Shown: positions 48,082-59,100 of the stretch, piece after piece | How positions within the stretch are numbered: the stretch's first letter is position 1 | Layout: each line of letters opens with the position of its first letter | Assembly: GCA_965214405.1 (NCBI GenBank) | Contig: OZ243956.1 | Location: 3,104,001-3,168,000, forward strand | DNA: 64,000 nt | Direction of reading: 5' to 3' | Origin: Trueperaceae bacterium | Lineage (GTDB): Bacteria; Deinococcota; Deinococci; Deinococcales; Trueperaceae | Made by a program: the position numbers and the translations under genes | The notes under the pieces: generated by a model | Seen by the model: the letters and a program-made list of their open reading frames with translations, nothing else | Databases searched by the model: none | Told to the model about the DNA's origin: nothing

Positions 48082-48488
48082 ATCTCTGCGTTAGCGTCTG
48101 AAGAACTCAGGTGAGCCTCGAGCCTCCCCCTCAGTTCCCCAGGAATCCTCTTGGACCGCCCCGCCTCGTAGTCAAAAAGCACCACCACCGACGACACGTC
48201 GGCGGCAAGTTTCCCTTCTGCGTAGACTTCTTGAGCCAAAGTGACGCTCGAGTTGCCCACCCGCTCCACCTTTGTGAGCACGTACACCGCCTCTCTAAAC
48301 CTCACCTGACGGCGAAAGTCGAGCGCGATGCGGGCCAAAATGAGCCCCGCCACTTCGGCCCCCAAGTCGCTAAAGAACTCGAGCCGCGCGTGTTCGGCGT
48401 AAAAAGAATAGGCGGTGTTGTTGAGGTGTCCCAGCGCGTCGGTGTCGGCGAAACGAACCTGGATATCGGTGCGGTAAGGGGTCTGCAT
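48078..48488 (-). CDS. Acyl-CoA thioesterase (4HBT/YbgC hot-dog fold)
   Basis: VRFADTDALGHLNN..Y..Y.E.AR motif. Confidence 0.9.
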   Translation of the reverse strand: MQTPYRTDIQVRFADTDALGHLNNTAYSFYAEHARLEFFSDLGAEVAGLILARIALDFRRQVRFREAVYVLTKVERVGNSSVTLAQEVYAEGKLAADVSSVVVLFDYEAGRSKRIPGELRGRLEAHLSSSDANAEI

Positions 48489-48492
48489 GAGG

Positions 48493-49338
48493 CTACCCTA
48501 CCGTTTTTGACCCCTTGAGCTTCTGACATTTCGGGCAATAGTGCGTGCCCCGCCCACCCACCACGGTGCGCGTGATGGGACTCCCACAACGCGAACAAGG
48601 CTCCTCGGCTTGGCCGTACGCTTCAAGCTCGCTCAGGTACGCGCCCACTTCTCCGTTGACGGTGCGATAGTCCTTGAGCGTCGTGCCTTGCACTTTGATG
48701 GAGGCCTCGAGCACGTCCTTGATGCACGTGACTAAAAGAGGAATCTGCCTCTTGGATACCTTGTTCGCCGGGGTCAGCGGGTGGATTTTGCTGCCCCACA
48801 GGGCCTCGTCCGCGTAGATATTGCCGACGCCCGCGACGGGCTTTTGGGAGAGCAAATATGTTTTGACAGGCGTGCTGGATTTTTGCAAGGCTCGAGCAAA
48901 TCCCTTCGCATTGAACTCATCCGACAACGGCTCCGGCCCCATCATGTGCAGCGTCGGCAGGGTTCGGTAGTCGCCTGTAGGCACGACCAGAAAACGCCCG
49001 AAGCGCCGCACGTCTTGAAAATAGAGCGCAGGGTGGTCACTGGGGTTTAGGTCACTGCGGCTTAGCTCGAGCCTCACCCGCACGTGTTTCTTGGGGTCTT
49101 CAGGCGTGATGATGCCGGTCATGCCAAGGTGAATGACGAGTTCGTCCTCACCCAGCGGTAAAAGCAAGAACTTTCCCCGTCTATTGACGGCGGTAATCGT
49201 TGCACCCACGGCGCGCTCGAGGCCAACATATTTCGGTCCCGGCACCGCGTCCGCGAGTTCGGCGGCGAGGATTTTCCGCCCCACAAGCCACGGTTCCAAC
49301 TCGCGCCTTACGGTTTCGACTTCAGGCAGTTCGGGGAT
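48493..49338 (-). CDS. mutM: Formamidopyrimidine-DNA glycosylase (Fpg); ATC at the start-codon position
   Basis: PELPEVE, RRGKFL, HLGMTG, DVRRFG, GVGNIYADE and zinc finger CSRC...CPKCQ. Confidence 0.93.
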   Translation of the reverse strand: MPELPEVETVRRELEPWLVGRKILAAELADAVPGPKYVGLERAVGATITAVNRRGKFLLLPLGEDELVIHLGMTGIITPEDPKKHVRVRLELSRSDLNPSDHPALYFQDVRRFGRFLVVPTGDYRTLPTLHMMGPEPLSDEFNAKGFARALQKSSTPVKTYLLSQKPVAGVGNIYADEALWGSKIHPLTPANKVSKRQIPLLVTCIKDVLEASIKVQGTTLKDYRTVNGEVGAYLSELEAYGQAEEPCSRCGSPITRTVVGGRGTHYCPKCQKLKGSKTVG

Positions 49339-50023
49339 AGCGAATCGTCCCTTCGTAGAGCGCCCGGCCCACAATGGCCCCCTCGAGCCCGAGGCGTTCG
49401 TAAATCTCTAAGTCCTCGTCCGCCGCGACGCCGCCGCCCGCCAGGAGCGTGTGGGGGAACGCCTCACGCATCTCCTTAACCGGCTCCGGGTCCACGCCGC
49501 GCAGGGTGCCGTCGCGCGAGATATCTGTATAAATCACCTGCGTAACACCCTGTGCGGCGACGCGCTGGGCAAGCTCGAGCGCCCCCACACCGCTCGTCTC
49601 CCCCCAGCCCCGCACCGCGACGCGCCCGTCTTTGGCGTCGATTGAGACGACCACGCGTTCTGAGCCAAACTCGTCCAGAAGCGCGTCAAGCATCTCCGGC
49701 TGCGTGACCGCCGCCGTGCCGATGACCACGCGGTCTACAAGGCCGAGCCAGGCTTGAGCCGTTTCCACATCCCGCACGCCGCCGCCCACTTCAATTTTGC
49801 AAGAGACCTCGCGCGCAATCTCCGCAATGACCTCACGGTTGGTCCCGCGTCCCGTGGCGGCGTCTAAATCTACCAGATGCAGCCACGCCGCCCCCAGCCC
49901 CGCCCAGTGCTGTGCGGCCTCCAAGGGACGGTCAAAATACACGGTCTCGCGCTCCGGGTCGCCCTCGAAGAGCCTGACCGCGCGGCCCTTCTGGATGTCT
50001 ACGCAGGGGATGAGTTCAAACAC
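49322..50023 (-). CDS. hisA: ProFAR isomerase HisA
   Basis: IPCVDIQKGRAVRL..G, LHLVDLD, VGGGVR, TDISRDGTL and GAIVGRALYEG motifs. Confidence 0.92.
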   Translation of the reverse strand: MFELIPCVDIQKGRAVRLFEGDPERETVYFDRPLEAAQHWAGLGAAWLHLVDLDAATGRGTNREVIAEIAREVSCKIEVGGGVRDVETAQAWLGLVDRVVIGTAAVTQPEMLDALLDEFGSERVVVSIDAKDGRVAVRGWGETSGVGALELAQRVAAQGVTQVIYTDISRDGTLRGVDPEPVKEMREAFPHTLLAGGGVAADEDLEIYERLGLEGAIVGRALYEGTIRYPRTA

Positions 50024-50169
50024 GTTCTAAAGTATAAGCGTGCCCGTTGGGAGAGGCTGAAGTATGCCCTACGCGGGCGCTCCGTAGGGGAGAAGGAAAC
50101 GTGTTTGAGGTTGAGCTTTGAGTAAAAACTAAACGACTAAATGTAGCGACAACCGTGTATACTTTCAGT

Positions 50170-50430
50170 GTGTATGATTGGGATGAGGCGAACGAGGAGC
50201 ATATCGCGCTGCACGGCCTCGAGCCTGAGGAGGTCGAGGAGGCGATGGAGGACCCAAACCGTTTTTTCATCCCAACCTATAACATACCGACTGAGCGCCG
50301 CTACGGTCTTGTAGGTGCTACGGCTGGGGGACGCATTATCCGCGTGGTTTATACCCTTAGGAACGGTGGCTACCGCGTCATAACCGCCTACGATGCGAGT
50401 AAACCTGAAAGGAGACGTTACAGAAGATGA
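50170..50430 (+). CDS. BrnT-like toxin
   Basis: YDWDEANEEHIA.HG...EE....RY..VG...GR...VVYT.R....RVITA; leaderless TATACT-N6-GTG. Confidence 0.82.
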   Translation: MYDWDEANEEHIALHGLEPEEVEEAMEDPNRFFIPTYNIPTERRYGLVGATAGGRIIRVVYTLRNGGYRVITAYDASKPERRRYRR

Positions 50431-50759
50431 TAAAGCGACCTGAAAAAACCGAAGACGGCTTCACCATCGTCTACAGCAAAGATGATCTGCCCGTGTTCGA
50501 AAACGAACGTCAAGAGCATAATTTTTGGAGTACCCACGTTTGGAGTGAGGAGCTTATGGACGAAGCCGCGACTCAAGACTTCCCCGCGCCGCCCGTTCGC
50601 AAGCGCAGCACCAGCACCTCGCTACGTCTCGATGAGGATACGATAAAACGTCTTAGGTACCTTGCACGCAAAAAAGGCAAGGGCTACCAGACGCTCCTTA
50701 AAGAGTTCGTTGTTGAGCGACTTTACGAAGAAGAGAAGCGTGAGGGCGTGTTGGGTTAA
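50427..50759 (+). CDS. BrnA/CopG-like antitoxin with C-terminal RHH
   Basis: P.F.NE..E..FW.TH and SLRLDEDTI.RL..LA.KKG.GYQTLLK; ATGA overlap with the toxin gene. Confidence 0.82.
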   Translation: MIKRPEKTEDGFTIVYSKDDLPVFENERQEHNFWSTHVWSEELMDEAATQDFPAPPVRKRSTSTSLRLDEDTIKRLRYLARKKGKGYQTLLKEFVVERLYEEEKREGVLG

Positions 50760-50807
50760 AGAGAGACTTTCACGAGGGTACTCTCAACTGATTATCTTTG
50801 GCCGCGT

Positions 50808-51158
50808 TTATCTGTTATTTGTCGCCTTGTTCAATCGGTTTAATAAAAGCTCTGCTTGGGATTCAGTCAAGCCTAACAAGAGCTTGAATCTTCCTTCAAA
50901 ATAGCTGCTCCTCAAAGCAACGTTTATAGCTCTTTTCAAGATTTCCACTTCTTCCGCCATGTCCGGGTATTTAAGCACTACACTTTGCCCACGTACCCTG
51001 AACAGTGCAATCATCTCATCAGCTTCAATGTCATCACCAAAGACGGCGGTGTATTCCTCAACTGAGAGGTGTGAAACTGCAAGCAGGTTGTCAATGAGGA
51101 CGAAGAGCTTTTTGAAAAATTTCCTTTCGGTATCGCTAAACTCGAGGGAGAAACGCAT
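50808..51158 (-). CDS. AT-rich hypothetical protein, possibly an orphan immunity protein
   Basis: 116-aa helical ORF ending 'FKLLLGLTESQAELLLNRL'; low GC. Confidence 0.5.
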   Translation of the reverse strand: MRFSLEFSDTERKFFKKLFVLIDNLLAVSHLSVEEYTAVFGDDIEADEMIALFRVRGQSVVLKYPDMAEEVEILKRAINVALRSSYFEGRFKLLLGLTESQAELLLNRLNKATNNR

Positions 51159-51268
51159 TGCTATCTACGGTAGCACCTTATGGCATATGCTCGAGCCGCC
51201 CGTCTCCAACTCTGAGAAAGCGGTATGATTCACCTGTGCGTACGTTGCCGTTTGACGTTGACAAGCTA

Positions 51269-52188
51269 GGGTCTGTCTGACTAATCAAAGCCAGAGGATG
51301 ATGGAGGCGAGGAGCACACCAGCACGGTAGTTTCTGCCGCGTTTGTCGTAGCGGGTGGCAACGGCGCGAAAGTCTTTAAGTCGGTTGATGCAGCGTTCGA
51401 CCACGTTACGTCCTTTGTAGGCTTGCTTATCGAAAGCAGGAGGTCGTCCACCTTTTGTGCCCTTAGACAAGCGAGACTTCTTGGCATCTTCGCGCTCGGG
51501 GCTGATACAGATGATGCCCCTGCGCCTTAGTATCTTCCGCTGCTTGTTGAAACCATAAGCGCGGTCGAGTCTAAGCTGAGGGGGGCGCTTACGCGGTCGC
51601 CCTCTGCCAAGGCGGGGCACATAAATCTCGTCCAAGACCGGCTCTAGCCAAGCGGCGTCGTTGCGCTGTCCCGCCGTGATGACCACGGACAGGGGTCGCA
51701 CTTTGCCGTCCGCGCAGGTATGCACCTTGCTGGTGTGGCCTCCGCGTGAGTGTCCCAGCCACTCGTCTGCTAAGGTCCCCTTTTTTCACCCTCAGCAGGC
51801 CGCTTCCTCGCCCCGCTGGCGCTGCGGTGCGCTTTAATATGAGAGCTGTCTAACGCTGCGCCGTCCCAATCAATCTCACCCGCCGCATCGGCGTGAGCTT
51901 GAAGCCTGTGCAGGATGCGCTTCCAGACACCGTTGCGCTCCCACCTCGTGAAGCGGTCCCAGCAGGTCTGCCAAGGTCCGTAGCGTTCAGGAACGTCGCG
52001 CCAGGGAGCGCCTGTTTTCAAGCGCCACGAAATGCCGTTGATGACCTGTCGGTGGTTGCGGTAGTTGTGACCCCGTTGGGGATTGGGGGGTAGATGCGGT
52101 TTTAGTGCTTGCCACTGCTGCTCTTTTAGGTCTGTTCGTGCCATACGCCTACCCTAAACCATCTTCATCCCTTCTGTCAGACAGACCC
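51269..52188 (-). mobile_element. IS5-family insertion sequence (IS427-like group), 920 bp
   Basis: Perfect 13-bp IRs GGGTCTGTCTGAC / GTCAGACAGACCC; TA duplication at a CTAG target. Confidence 0.92.
51285..52144 (-). CDS. IS5-family transposase encoded as orfA (52144-51770) plus orfB joined by a -1 frameshift
   Basis: orfA has [17 protein letters not shown] and DSSHIKAH; slippery A6-G4 at 51777-51786 leads in the -1 frame to [13 protein letters not shown]; orfB has [26 protein letters not shown]. Confidence 0.88.
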
Positions 52189-52437
52189 TAGCCGAGGTGT
52201 GTCGTCAAAACGACGTGGCGAAACTCAGCGTGTTCGGTTCGGTCGCGCGCGGCGAGGCGGGTGAAAAAAGCGACGTTGACTTTTTGATCGAATTCTCGAA
52301 GCCCAAAAGTTTGCTGAGTCTGGTGGCGGTAGAAAGGCGGATGTCGGCGGCGCTCGGTAAAAGGGTGGACCTGCTAACAGAAGCCGTGCTCAGCCCGTAC
52401 CTCCGCGACCAAATCAAACGCGACTCACGAATTGTCT

Positions 52438-52776
52438 ATGAAGCGTGACGATTCGGTCTACCTGCGGCACATCTTAGACGCGGTTGCCAAGACTGAAATC
52501 TACCTTCGCGGGGTTGACAAAGCAGTTTTCCATCAAAACACGCTTCTGCAGGACGGCGTTATAAGGCAGCTCGAGATTATCGGCGAAGCGACCAAACACC
52601 CGTTAAGCGAGTTGCGCGTGCGCTACTCTCATGTTCCTTGGCAGAACATCGCGGGGATGCGCGACAAGTTGATTCATGGTTACTTTGGCGTAGACGTTGA
52701 GACGGTCTGACTTATGGTAGTGGAAGATTTGCCGCTGCTAAAGCTCGAGGTAGAGCGAATCCTTACAACGCTGTAG
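52438..52776 (+). pseudogene. HEPN (DUF86/HepT-like) toxin with a premature stop
   Basis: RQLEIIGEA, VPW..IAGMRDKLIHGYFGVD (RX4HXY); TGA at 52708-52710 where Trp is expected, and the frame continues '..EDLPLLKLEVERIL' to TAG 52776. Confidence 0.8.
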
Positions 52777-52948
52777 GTGTGGGCTCAGGCTCGCTTTGGA
52801 GAGGCGGGTCGATAAAGTCGTCCGGTGAAGACGGTATGAGCGTTTTTTCACTCTCTCCACGCGTTAAAAAACGAGGCTTCCAAGTTTGGGATAAACTTAG
52901 GTCACAACGGACACGACACCATAACGCCGCAACGTTCGAAAGGCCCTT

Positions 52949-55900
52949 TTGACCACCCTCCCGCACACCGACCTCAAATTTTTCACCAACGAGCCCGGCG
53001 AAACCCTCTACGACCGCTTCGTCAAAACCCTGGGGTACGCCCAATATTTTGACGTGTTGGTCGGTTATTTTCGCACCAGCGGCTTTAAGAAGTTGCACGA
53101 GGCCCTCGAGCACGTCGACAAAGTCCGCATCCTCGTGGGCTTGAGCGTTGACCGCAGGGCGTTTGAACTCATCGAAACGTCCAGGCAGGGCCTGGATTTC
53201 GACTCGCACAGGCGTACGCGGGCCTCGTTCGAGAGTGCCCTGAGCGCCGAGATGGAAGGTTCCGAGGACACGCTCGAGGTGGAACTCTCGGCGCGCAAGT
53301 TTGTCGAGTTTTTGCGGGCGGGCAGGCTCGAGCTGCGCGCGCACCCGAGCAAAGACATTCACGCGAAGGTCTATATCAGCCGCTTTCCGCAAGACTTCAT
53401 CAACTACGGCAGCGTCATCACCGGCTCGTCCAACTTTTCTTTGAACGGTTTGGAGGCGCAGCGCGAATTCAACGTCGAACTCAAAGACGTAAGCGACGTG
53501 CGCTTCGCGCTGCAAAAGTTTGAAGCGCTCTGGGCCGAGGGCGTCGACATCAGCGAGGCGTACATCGACACGTTGACGACGAAAACCTGGCTTAATGATA
53601 GGGTTACGCCGTACGAGCTTTTTCTCAAGTTTTTGTACGAGTATTTCAAGGAGGATTTGAGCGTCGCCGACGAGGTGGATTATGATTTGCCCGACGGTTT
53701 GATGGATTTGGCGTATCAGCGGCAGGCGGTCGTGTCGGCGCGAAAGGTGCTGGACACTTACGGCGGGGTGTTTTTGGCGGACGTGGTGGGGTTGGGCAAG
53801 ACGTTCGTGTCTGCGCGCTTGCTGAGAGGGCTGCCGGGGCGCAAGCTCATCCTCTGCCCGCCGGTGCTGGCGGACTACTGGCGCGAGACGCTGCGCGAGT
53901 TTTACGTGCCGGGCTTCGAAGTTGAATCTTTGGGCAAGCTCGAGCCCCTCCTAGCCAAAGGCGTCGACAAGTACAGCGTGGTGTTAGTTGACGAAGCCCA
54001 CCGCTTCCGCAACGAACTCACCCAATCCTACGAGGCGCTGCACGCGATCTGCCGCAACAAAAAGGTGATTCTGGTCTCGGCCACGCCGCTCAATAACCGC
54101 CTCGGCGACATCTTAGCGCAGCTCAAGCTCTTTCAGCCGGGCAAAAAGAGCGACGTTCCGGGTGTGCGTAACCTAGAAGCGTTTTTTAGAGAGCAGCAGC
54201 GGCAGCTTGACGGGCTTGACAAAGCTGACCCCAGCTACCGCGAGATGGTCCAAAGAACGTCCGAGGTGGTGCGCGACAAGGTTTTGAAACACGTGATGGT
54301 GCGCCGCACCCGCAGCGAGATTCGCAACTACTTTAGCGAGGACTTGTCCCAACAGGGGCTGTTTTTCCCCGAGCTGGGCGACCCAAAACGCATCATCTAC
54401 ACCTTTGACGAGGCGACCAACGAGGCCTTTACGAACACGGTGAGCTTGCTCCAGAGCTTCGCCTACGCCCGCTACGTGCCCGCCAAGTATCTCAAGCGAA
54501 CGGAGCGCAAGCTCGAGCAGGCCCAAAATAACGTCGGCGGCTTTATGAAAACTTTGTTGGTCAAGCGTTTGGAGAGTTCCTTTCACGCCTTTGAGCGCAC
54601 CGTGGAGCGCTTTATCACCTCGTACGAGAAGTACCTGGCGATGCTCGAGGGTGGCGTCGTCTATATCAGCAACAAAGTCGACGTGTACGACCTTTTAGAC
54701 GGAGACGACGAAGCGCGGTTGCTGGACCTAGTCGAGCAGGACGAGGCGCAGCGGTTCGAGGCGAGCGTGTTTGAAGCGGGGTACAGAGACGCGCTGGTCA
54801 AAGACTTAGCCATCTTGAAGTCGATTCTTTTCTTGTGGCGCAAGGTCGAGCGCGACCCGAAGTTAGAGGAGTTCATCGCCCGACTGCACAGCGACCCCTT
54901 GCTGAAGGACCAAAAAGTGCTCATCTTCACCGAGTCCAAGGAAACGGGCGACTATTTGCACGAGCATTTGAATAAAGCTTTCCCGCGTGAGGTGATGTTT
55001 TACTCGAGCGCGGGCGGCGTGCAAGGTGAACAGAGTTATAGCGTCGCGGCGGCCCGCGAGGCCGTCAAGGCCAACTTCGACCCCAAGCACCCGCAACCGC
55101 AAAACAACGTGAGGCTGCTCGTCACCACCGACGTGCTGGCCGAGGGCATCAACTTGCACCGCTCGAACGTCGTCATCAACTACGACCTCCCCTGGAACCC
55201 CACGCGCGTGATGCAGCGCGTCGGGCGCGTCAACCGGGTGGGCACGGCGTTTGAGCGGGTCTACGTCTACAACTTTTTCCCCACCGACCAGAGCGACGAG
55301 CATTTGGGCTTGGAAGGGAACATCAAGGCCAAGATTCAAGCGTTTCACTACATGTTGGGTGAGGACGCCAAATACCTCTCGAGCGACGAAGAGGTCGGCA
55401 CGCACGAGCTGTTCGGTGAGCGGCTGTATAAGAAGCTCACCAACAAGGAGAGCCTGGAGGGTGAAGACGCCGAGGAGGCGAGCGAACTCAAATATTTGCA
55501 AGCCATCCGGCGGGTGCGCGACGAGGACGCGAAACTTTTCGAGCGCGTTAAGAAGCTGCCCAAAAAAGCGCGGAGCGGGCGCAAGGCCGGTGGGGATGAT
55601 TCAGATGCGCGAAACCACCTCATCACCTTTTTCCGGCGGGGCAGGCTCAAGAAGTTTATGCTGGCCTGTTCTGACGATAGCGCCAGCCCCCTAGAACTCA
55701 CCTTTTTAGAGGCGGCGACGCGGCTCGAGTGCCCCCCCGACGCGCCGAGACGCGCCGTCGGCGCGGGATACTACGAGCTGCTGAGCGCCAACAAAGAGGC
55801 GTTCGCCCGCCTTACTTCGGACATCGCGCAAGAAGAGCAAGACGCCCAGGGCGGCACCACCAACGAGCGCACCGTCCTCAAAATCTTACGCGCCATCAAG

Positions 55901-56158
55901 GGGAACCCCCGCTTTTCGGAGGGTGATGACCTGGTCGAGCGCAGCCTGCACGCCTTTGACGAGGGCCGGGTGAGCAAAAACCACAGCAAGCGCCTCAAGG
56001 CCGCCTTTGACAAAGCTGGCGCGAACCCTGGCAAACTCGTCGCCGCGCTCAGGAGCGAGATGACCGAGGACGTGCTGTACCCGAGCCCTACACGTGAGGA
56101 CGACGCGGAGCCCAGAGAAGTCATCTTGTCACAATATTTTGAGGTTGAGGACGCATGA
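52949..56158 (+). CDS. PLD-nuclease domain plus SNF2-family helicase
   Basis: HAKVYI...GSSNFS (PLD), LADVVGLGKT (Walker A), DEAH, SATPLNN, TDVLAEGINL and YDLPWNPTR..QRVGRVNR. Confidence 0.9.
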   Translation: MTTLPHTDLKFFTNEPGETLYDRFVKTLGYAQYFDVLVGYFRTSGFKKLHEALEHVDKVRILVGLSVDRRAFELIETSRQGLDFDSHRRTRASFESALSAEMEGSEDTLEVELSARKFVEFLRAGRLELRAHPSKDIHAKVYISRFPQDFINYGSVITGSSNFSLNGLEAQREFNVELKDVSDVRFALQKFEALWAEGVDISEAYIDTLTTKTWLNDRVTPYELFLKFLYEYFKEDLSVADEVDYDLPDGLMDLAYQRQAVVSARKVLDTYGGVFLADVVGLGKTFVSARLLRGLPGRKLILCPPVLADYWRETLREFYVPGFEVESLGKLEPLLAKGVDKYSVVLVDEAHRFRNELTQSYEALHAICRNKKVILVSATPLNNRLGDILAQLKLFQPGKKSDVPGVRNLEAFFREQQRQLDGLDKADPSYREMVQRTSEVVRDKVLKHVMVRRTRSEIRNYFSEDLSQQGLFFPELGDPKRIIYTFDEATNEAFTNTVSLLQSFAYARYVPAKYLKRTERKLEQAQNNVGGFMKTLLVKRLESSFHAFERTVERFITSYEKYLAMLEGGVVYISNKVDVYDLLDGDDEARLLDLVEQDEAQRFEASVFEAGYRDALVKDLAILKSILFLWRKVERDPKLEEFIARLHSDPLLKDQKVLIFTESKETGDYLHEHLNKAFPREVMFYSSAGGVQGEQSYSVAAAREAVKANFDPKHPQPQNNVRLLVTTDVLAEGINLHRSNVVINYDLPWNPTRVMQRVGRVNRVGTAFERVYVYNFFPTDQSDEHLGLEGNIKAKIQAFHYMLGEDAKYLSSDEEVGTHELFGERLYKKLTNKESLEGEDAEEASELKYLQAIRRVRDEDAKLFERVKKLPKKARSGRKAGGDDSDARNHLITFFRRGRLKKFMLACSDDSASPLELTFLEAATRLECPPDAPRRAVGAGYYELLSANKEAFARLTSDIAQEEQDAQGGTTNERTVLKILRAIKGNPRFSEGDDLVERSLHAFDEGRVSKNHSKRLKAAFDKAGANPGKLVAALRSEMTEDVLYPSPTREDDAEPREVILSQYFEVEDA

Positions 56159-59100
56159 ACGACGCCGAAGCGAGACGCTTGATCGAGACCACCTTTAATA
56201 AACCCTACGACGAGACGCGGTTTCGGCGGCTCATCGTGAATTTGTTGGAGGTCGAGCCGCGCAACGAAAAGCAGTCGGGCTCCTACATTTACGAGGCTTT
56301 CCGCGACTACGTCACCTCGTATCAGCGCACCGGCAAATTTACCGACGCGGACGGGAACGAACTCGACACCCTGGCCGTCAAGCTCAAAAGCGCGCGCATG
56401 TTGGAGCGCAACCGCACCACGCAGCGCAACTTCGTCGCCGAATACCTCAAGCGCCGGGGCAAAGACGCTGCGCTGGTCGCCTTTTACGCGGACGACGCCG
56501 AGGACTGGCGCTTTAGTTTGATTAAGCTCGAGTACACCCTCACCGAGACCAAGACGGGCCGCCTCAGCGCTAAGACCGACCTCACCCCGGCGCGGCGCTA
56601 CTCGTTCTTGGTCGGGCAACATGAGCCCAACCACACCGCGCAAAAGCAGCTCGTTAGCCTGCTCACGCATCCCAACCCCACGCTGAGGGAGCTAGAAGCG
56701 CAGTTCAGCATCGAGAACGTCACAAAAGCGTTTTTCGAAGAGTACAAGGCGCGTTATTTAGAACTCCAAGAAACGCTTGACGCGCTCTTGGCCGAGAACG
56801 AGGCGGTACGAGGCGAGTTCGCCGCCAAAAACATCGACACCACCACCTTCGCCAAGCGCCTTCTGGGGCAGATCGTCTTTTTGTACTTCTTGCAGAAAAA
56901 GGGCTGGCTGGGCGTCGGACGGGGCGAGGCGTGGGGGAGCGGACCCAAAGACTTTTTGCAGCGGCTCTTTAGCGGCGACATCATCTCCTACACCAACTTC
57001 TACGACGACGTTTTGGAACCCCTCTTTTACGACGCGCTGGCCCGTGAGCACACCGACAACTACTCGCCCCACCTAAAACGCCGCGTGCCCTTCCTTAACG
57101 GCGGGCTGTTCGAGCCCATCAATAATTACGACTGGGTCAACGTCGATATCCCGCTGCCCAACACGCTTTTTGAACGCGTCTTCAAGACCTTTAGCACCTA
57201 CAATTTCACCGTGCGCGAGGACGAGCCCTTAGAGCGCGAGGTCGCCGTGGACCCCGAAATGCTCGGCAAGGTGTTTGAGAACCTGTTAGAAGTCACCGAC
57301 CGCAAATCTAAGGGCGCGTTCTACACGCCGCGCGAGATTGTCCACTACATGTGTCAGGAGAGCCTGATCAACTACCTCGACACGTCGCTCAACACGGTTA
57401 AAAAACCCCTCGCCCCGTCCCTGCCCACACAAGACGACCTGTTCGGTACGCCTCAGCCGAGACAAGAATCCCTTTATCAAGAGGTGTACGAGGAGAGGGT
57501 CCCTCGAGCCGACCTAGAAAGCTTTATTCGCTTGGGCGACGCCTCGAGCGAGCACGACGCGACCACCGCCCAGAAAGAACGCGAGACGACTGCGTACAGC
57601 TTCAAGGCCTCCGAGAGCGTCCGCGACCACGCCCCGAAGATAGACGCCGCGCTCGCCGCCATCAAAATCTGCGACCCCGCCATCGGCTCGGGCGCGTTTC
57701 CGGTGGGGATGATGAACGAGATTGTCCGCTCGAGGGCCGCCCTCACGCCCTTTTTAACCGGGGAGGCGCGGACCCTCTACGACTTCAAACGCCACGCCAT
57801 CCAAGAGAGCTTGTACGGCGTGGACATCGACGAGAGCGCCGTGGACATCGCCAAGCTGCGGCTGTGGCTGTCGCTGGTGGTCGATGAAGACGATTTTGGG
57901 ACGATTAAGCCCCTGCCCAATTTGGCTTACAAAATCGTCGCGGGAAACTCGGTGCTGAGTTTAGCGGGCGCGATGGTTGACGATAAAGAGATGCGCGAGC
58001 TGGAGCGTCTGAAACGCGAGTATTTCGACGAAACGCGCTCGAGCCGCAAGAAAGACTTAGAAGCCCGCATCAACAGCGCCTTACGCAGCGTGTTTAGCTC
58101 CGCGCAAGACTTCGGCGCGCAGGCAACCTTTGATTTTCGCATCCACTTTAGCGAGGTCTTCCACGCGCAAGGTAGCAAACCCGGCGGTTTCGACGTGGTG
58201 ATAGGCAACCCGCCCTACGTCCGCCAAGAAGCGTTAGGCGACCTCAAACCCCTGCTCAAAGACAAGTATGAGGCCTACCACGGCTCCGCCGACCTGTTTG
58301 TGTACTTTATCGAGCTAGGCGTCAAGCTGCTCAAAAAGGGCGGCACGTTTTCCTACATCGTGGCGAACAAATGGATGCGCGCGAACTACGGCAAACCCTT
58401 GCGCACCTGGCTCAAAAAGCAGCAGCTCTTGACCATTATCGACTACGGCGACCTGCCCGTGTTCGAAACCGCCACCACCTACCCCTGCATCTTGTTTATC
58501 GGCAAAGACAAACCCGGCAAAGAGGTGAGGGTCGTCAAGATGGAAGAACTCGCCTTTGACAAATTGAACGCTTACGTCGAGGAACACGGTTACAAACAGG
58601 CGCAAGCCGAACTTGACGACGGCGGCTGGTCGCTGGCAAACCAAGACGTGCAGAAGGTGCTGGACAAAATCAACAAGGTTGGCGTGCCGTTAGAGCAGTA
58701 TGTAAACGGGAAAATCTACCGAGGTGTGCTGACAGGTCTCAACGAAGCCTTTGTGATTGACGAGGCCACTCGAGCCAAACTCATCGCCGAAGACGCGAAA
58801 AGTGCTGAGGTCATCAAGCCGTTTTTAGCGGGTAGAGATGTCAAGCGCTATCAGCCGCCGCAAAGCGACAAATACCTGATTCTTTTTCCAAACGGCTGGA
58901 CGAATGAACATTCAGGTGATGCAAGTGATAAATGGGTGTGGTTGCAAAAAGAATATCTGGCAGTTGCGAAACACTTGCAGCCCTTTGAAAAACAAGCAAA
59001 GAAACGTTATGACCAGGGTGAGTATTGGTGGGAATTAAGAGCTTGTGCGTATTACGATAAGTTTGAAAAGCCAAAGATAATTATTCCTGCTATTGTATCG

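Larger units (their letters stand above)
51236..52448 (+). pseudogene. MNT (minimal nucleotidyltransferase) antitoxin interrupted by an IS
   Basis: Removing the IS and one TA rejoins GTG-RTLPFDVDKL (51236-51268) in frame to AEVCRQNDVAKLSVFGSVARGE...SDVD (52191-52448). Confidence 0.85.
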
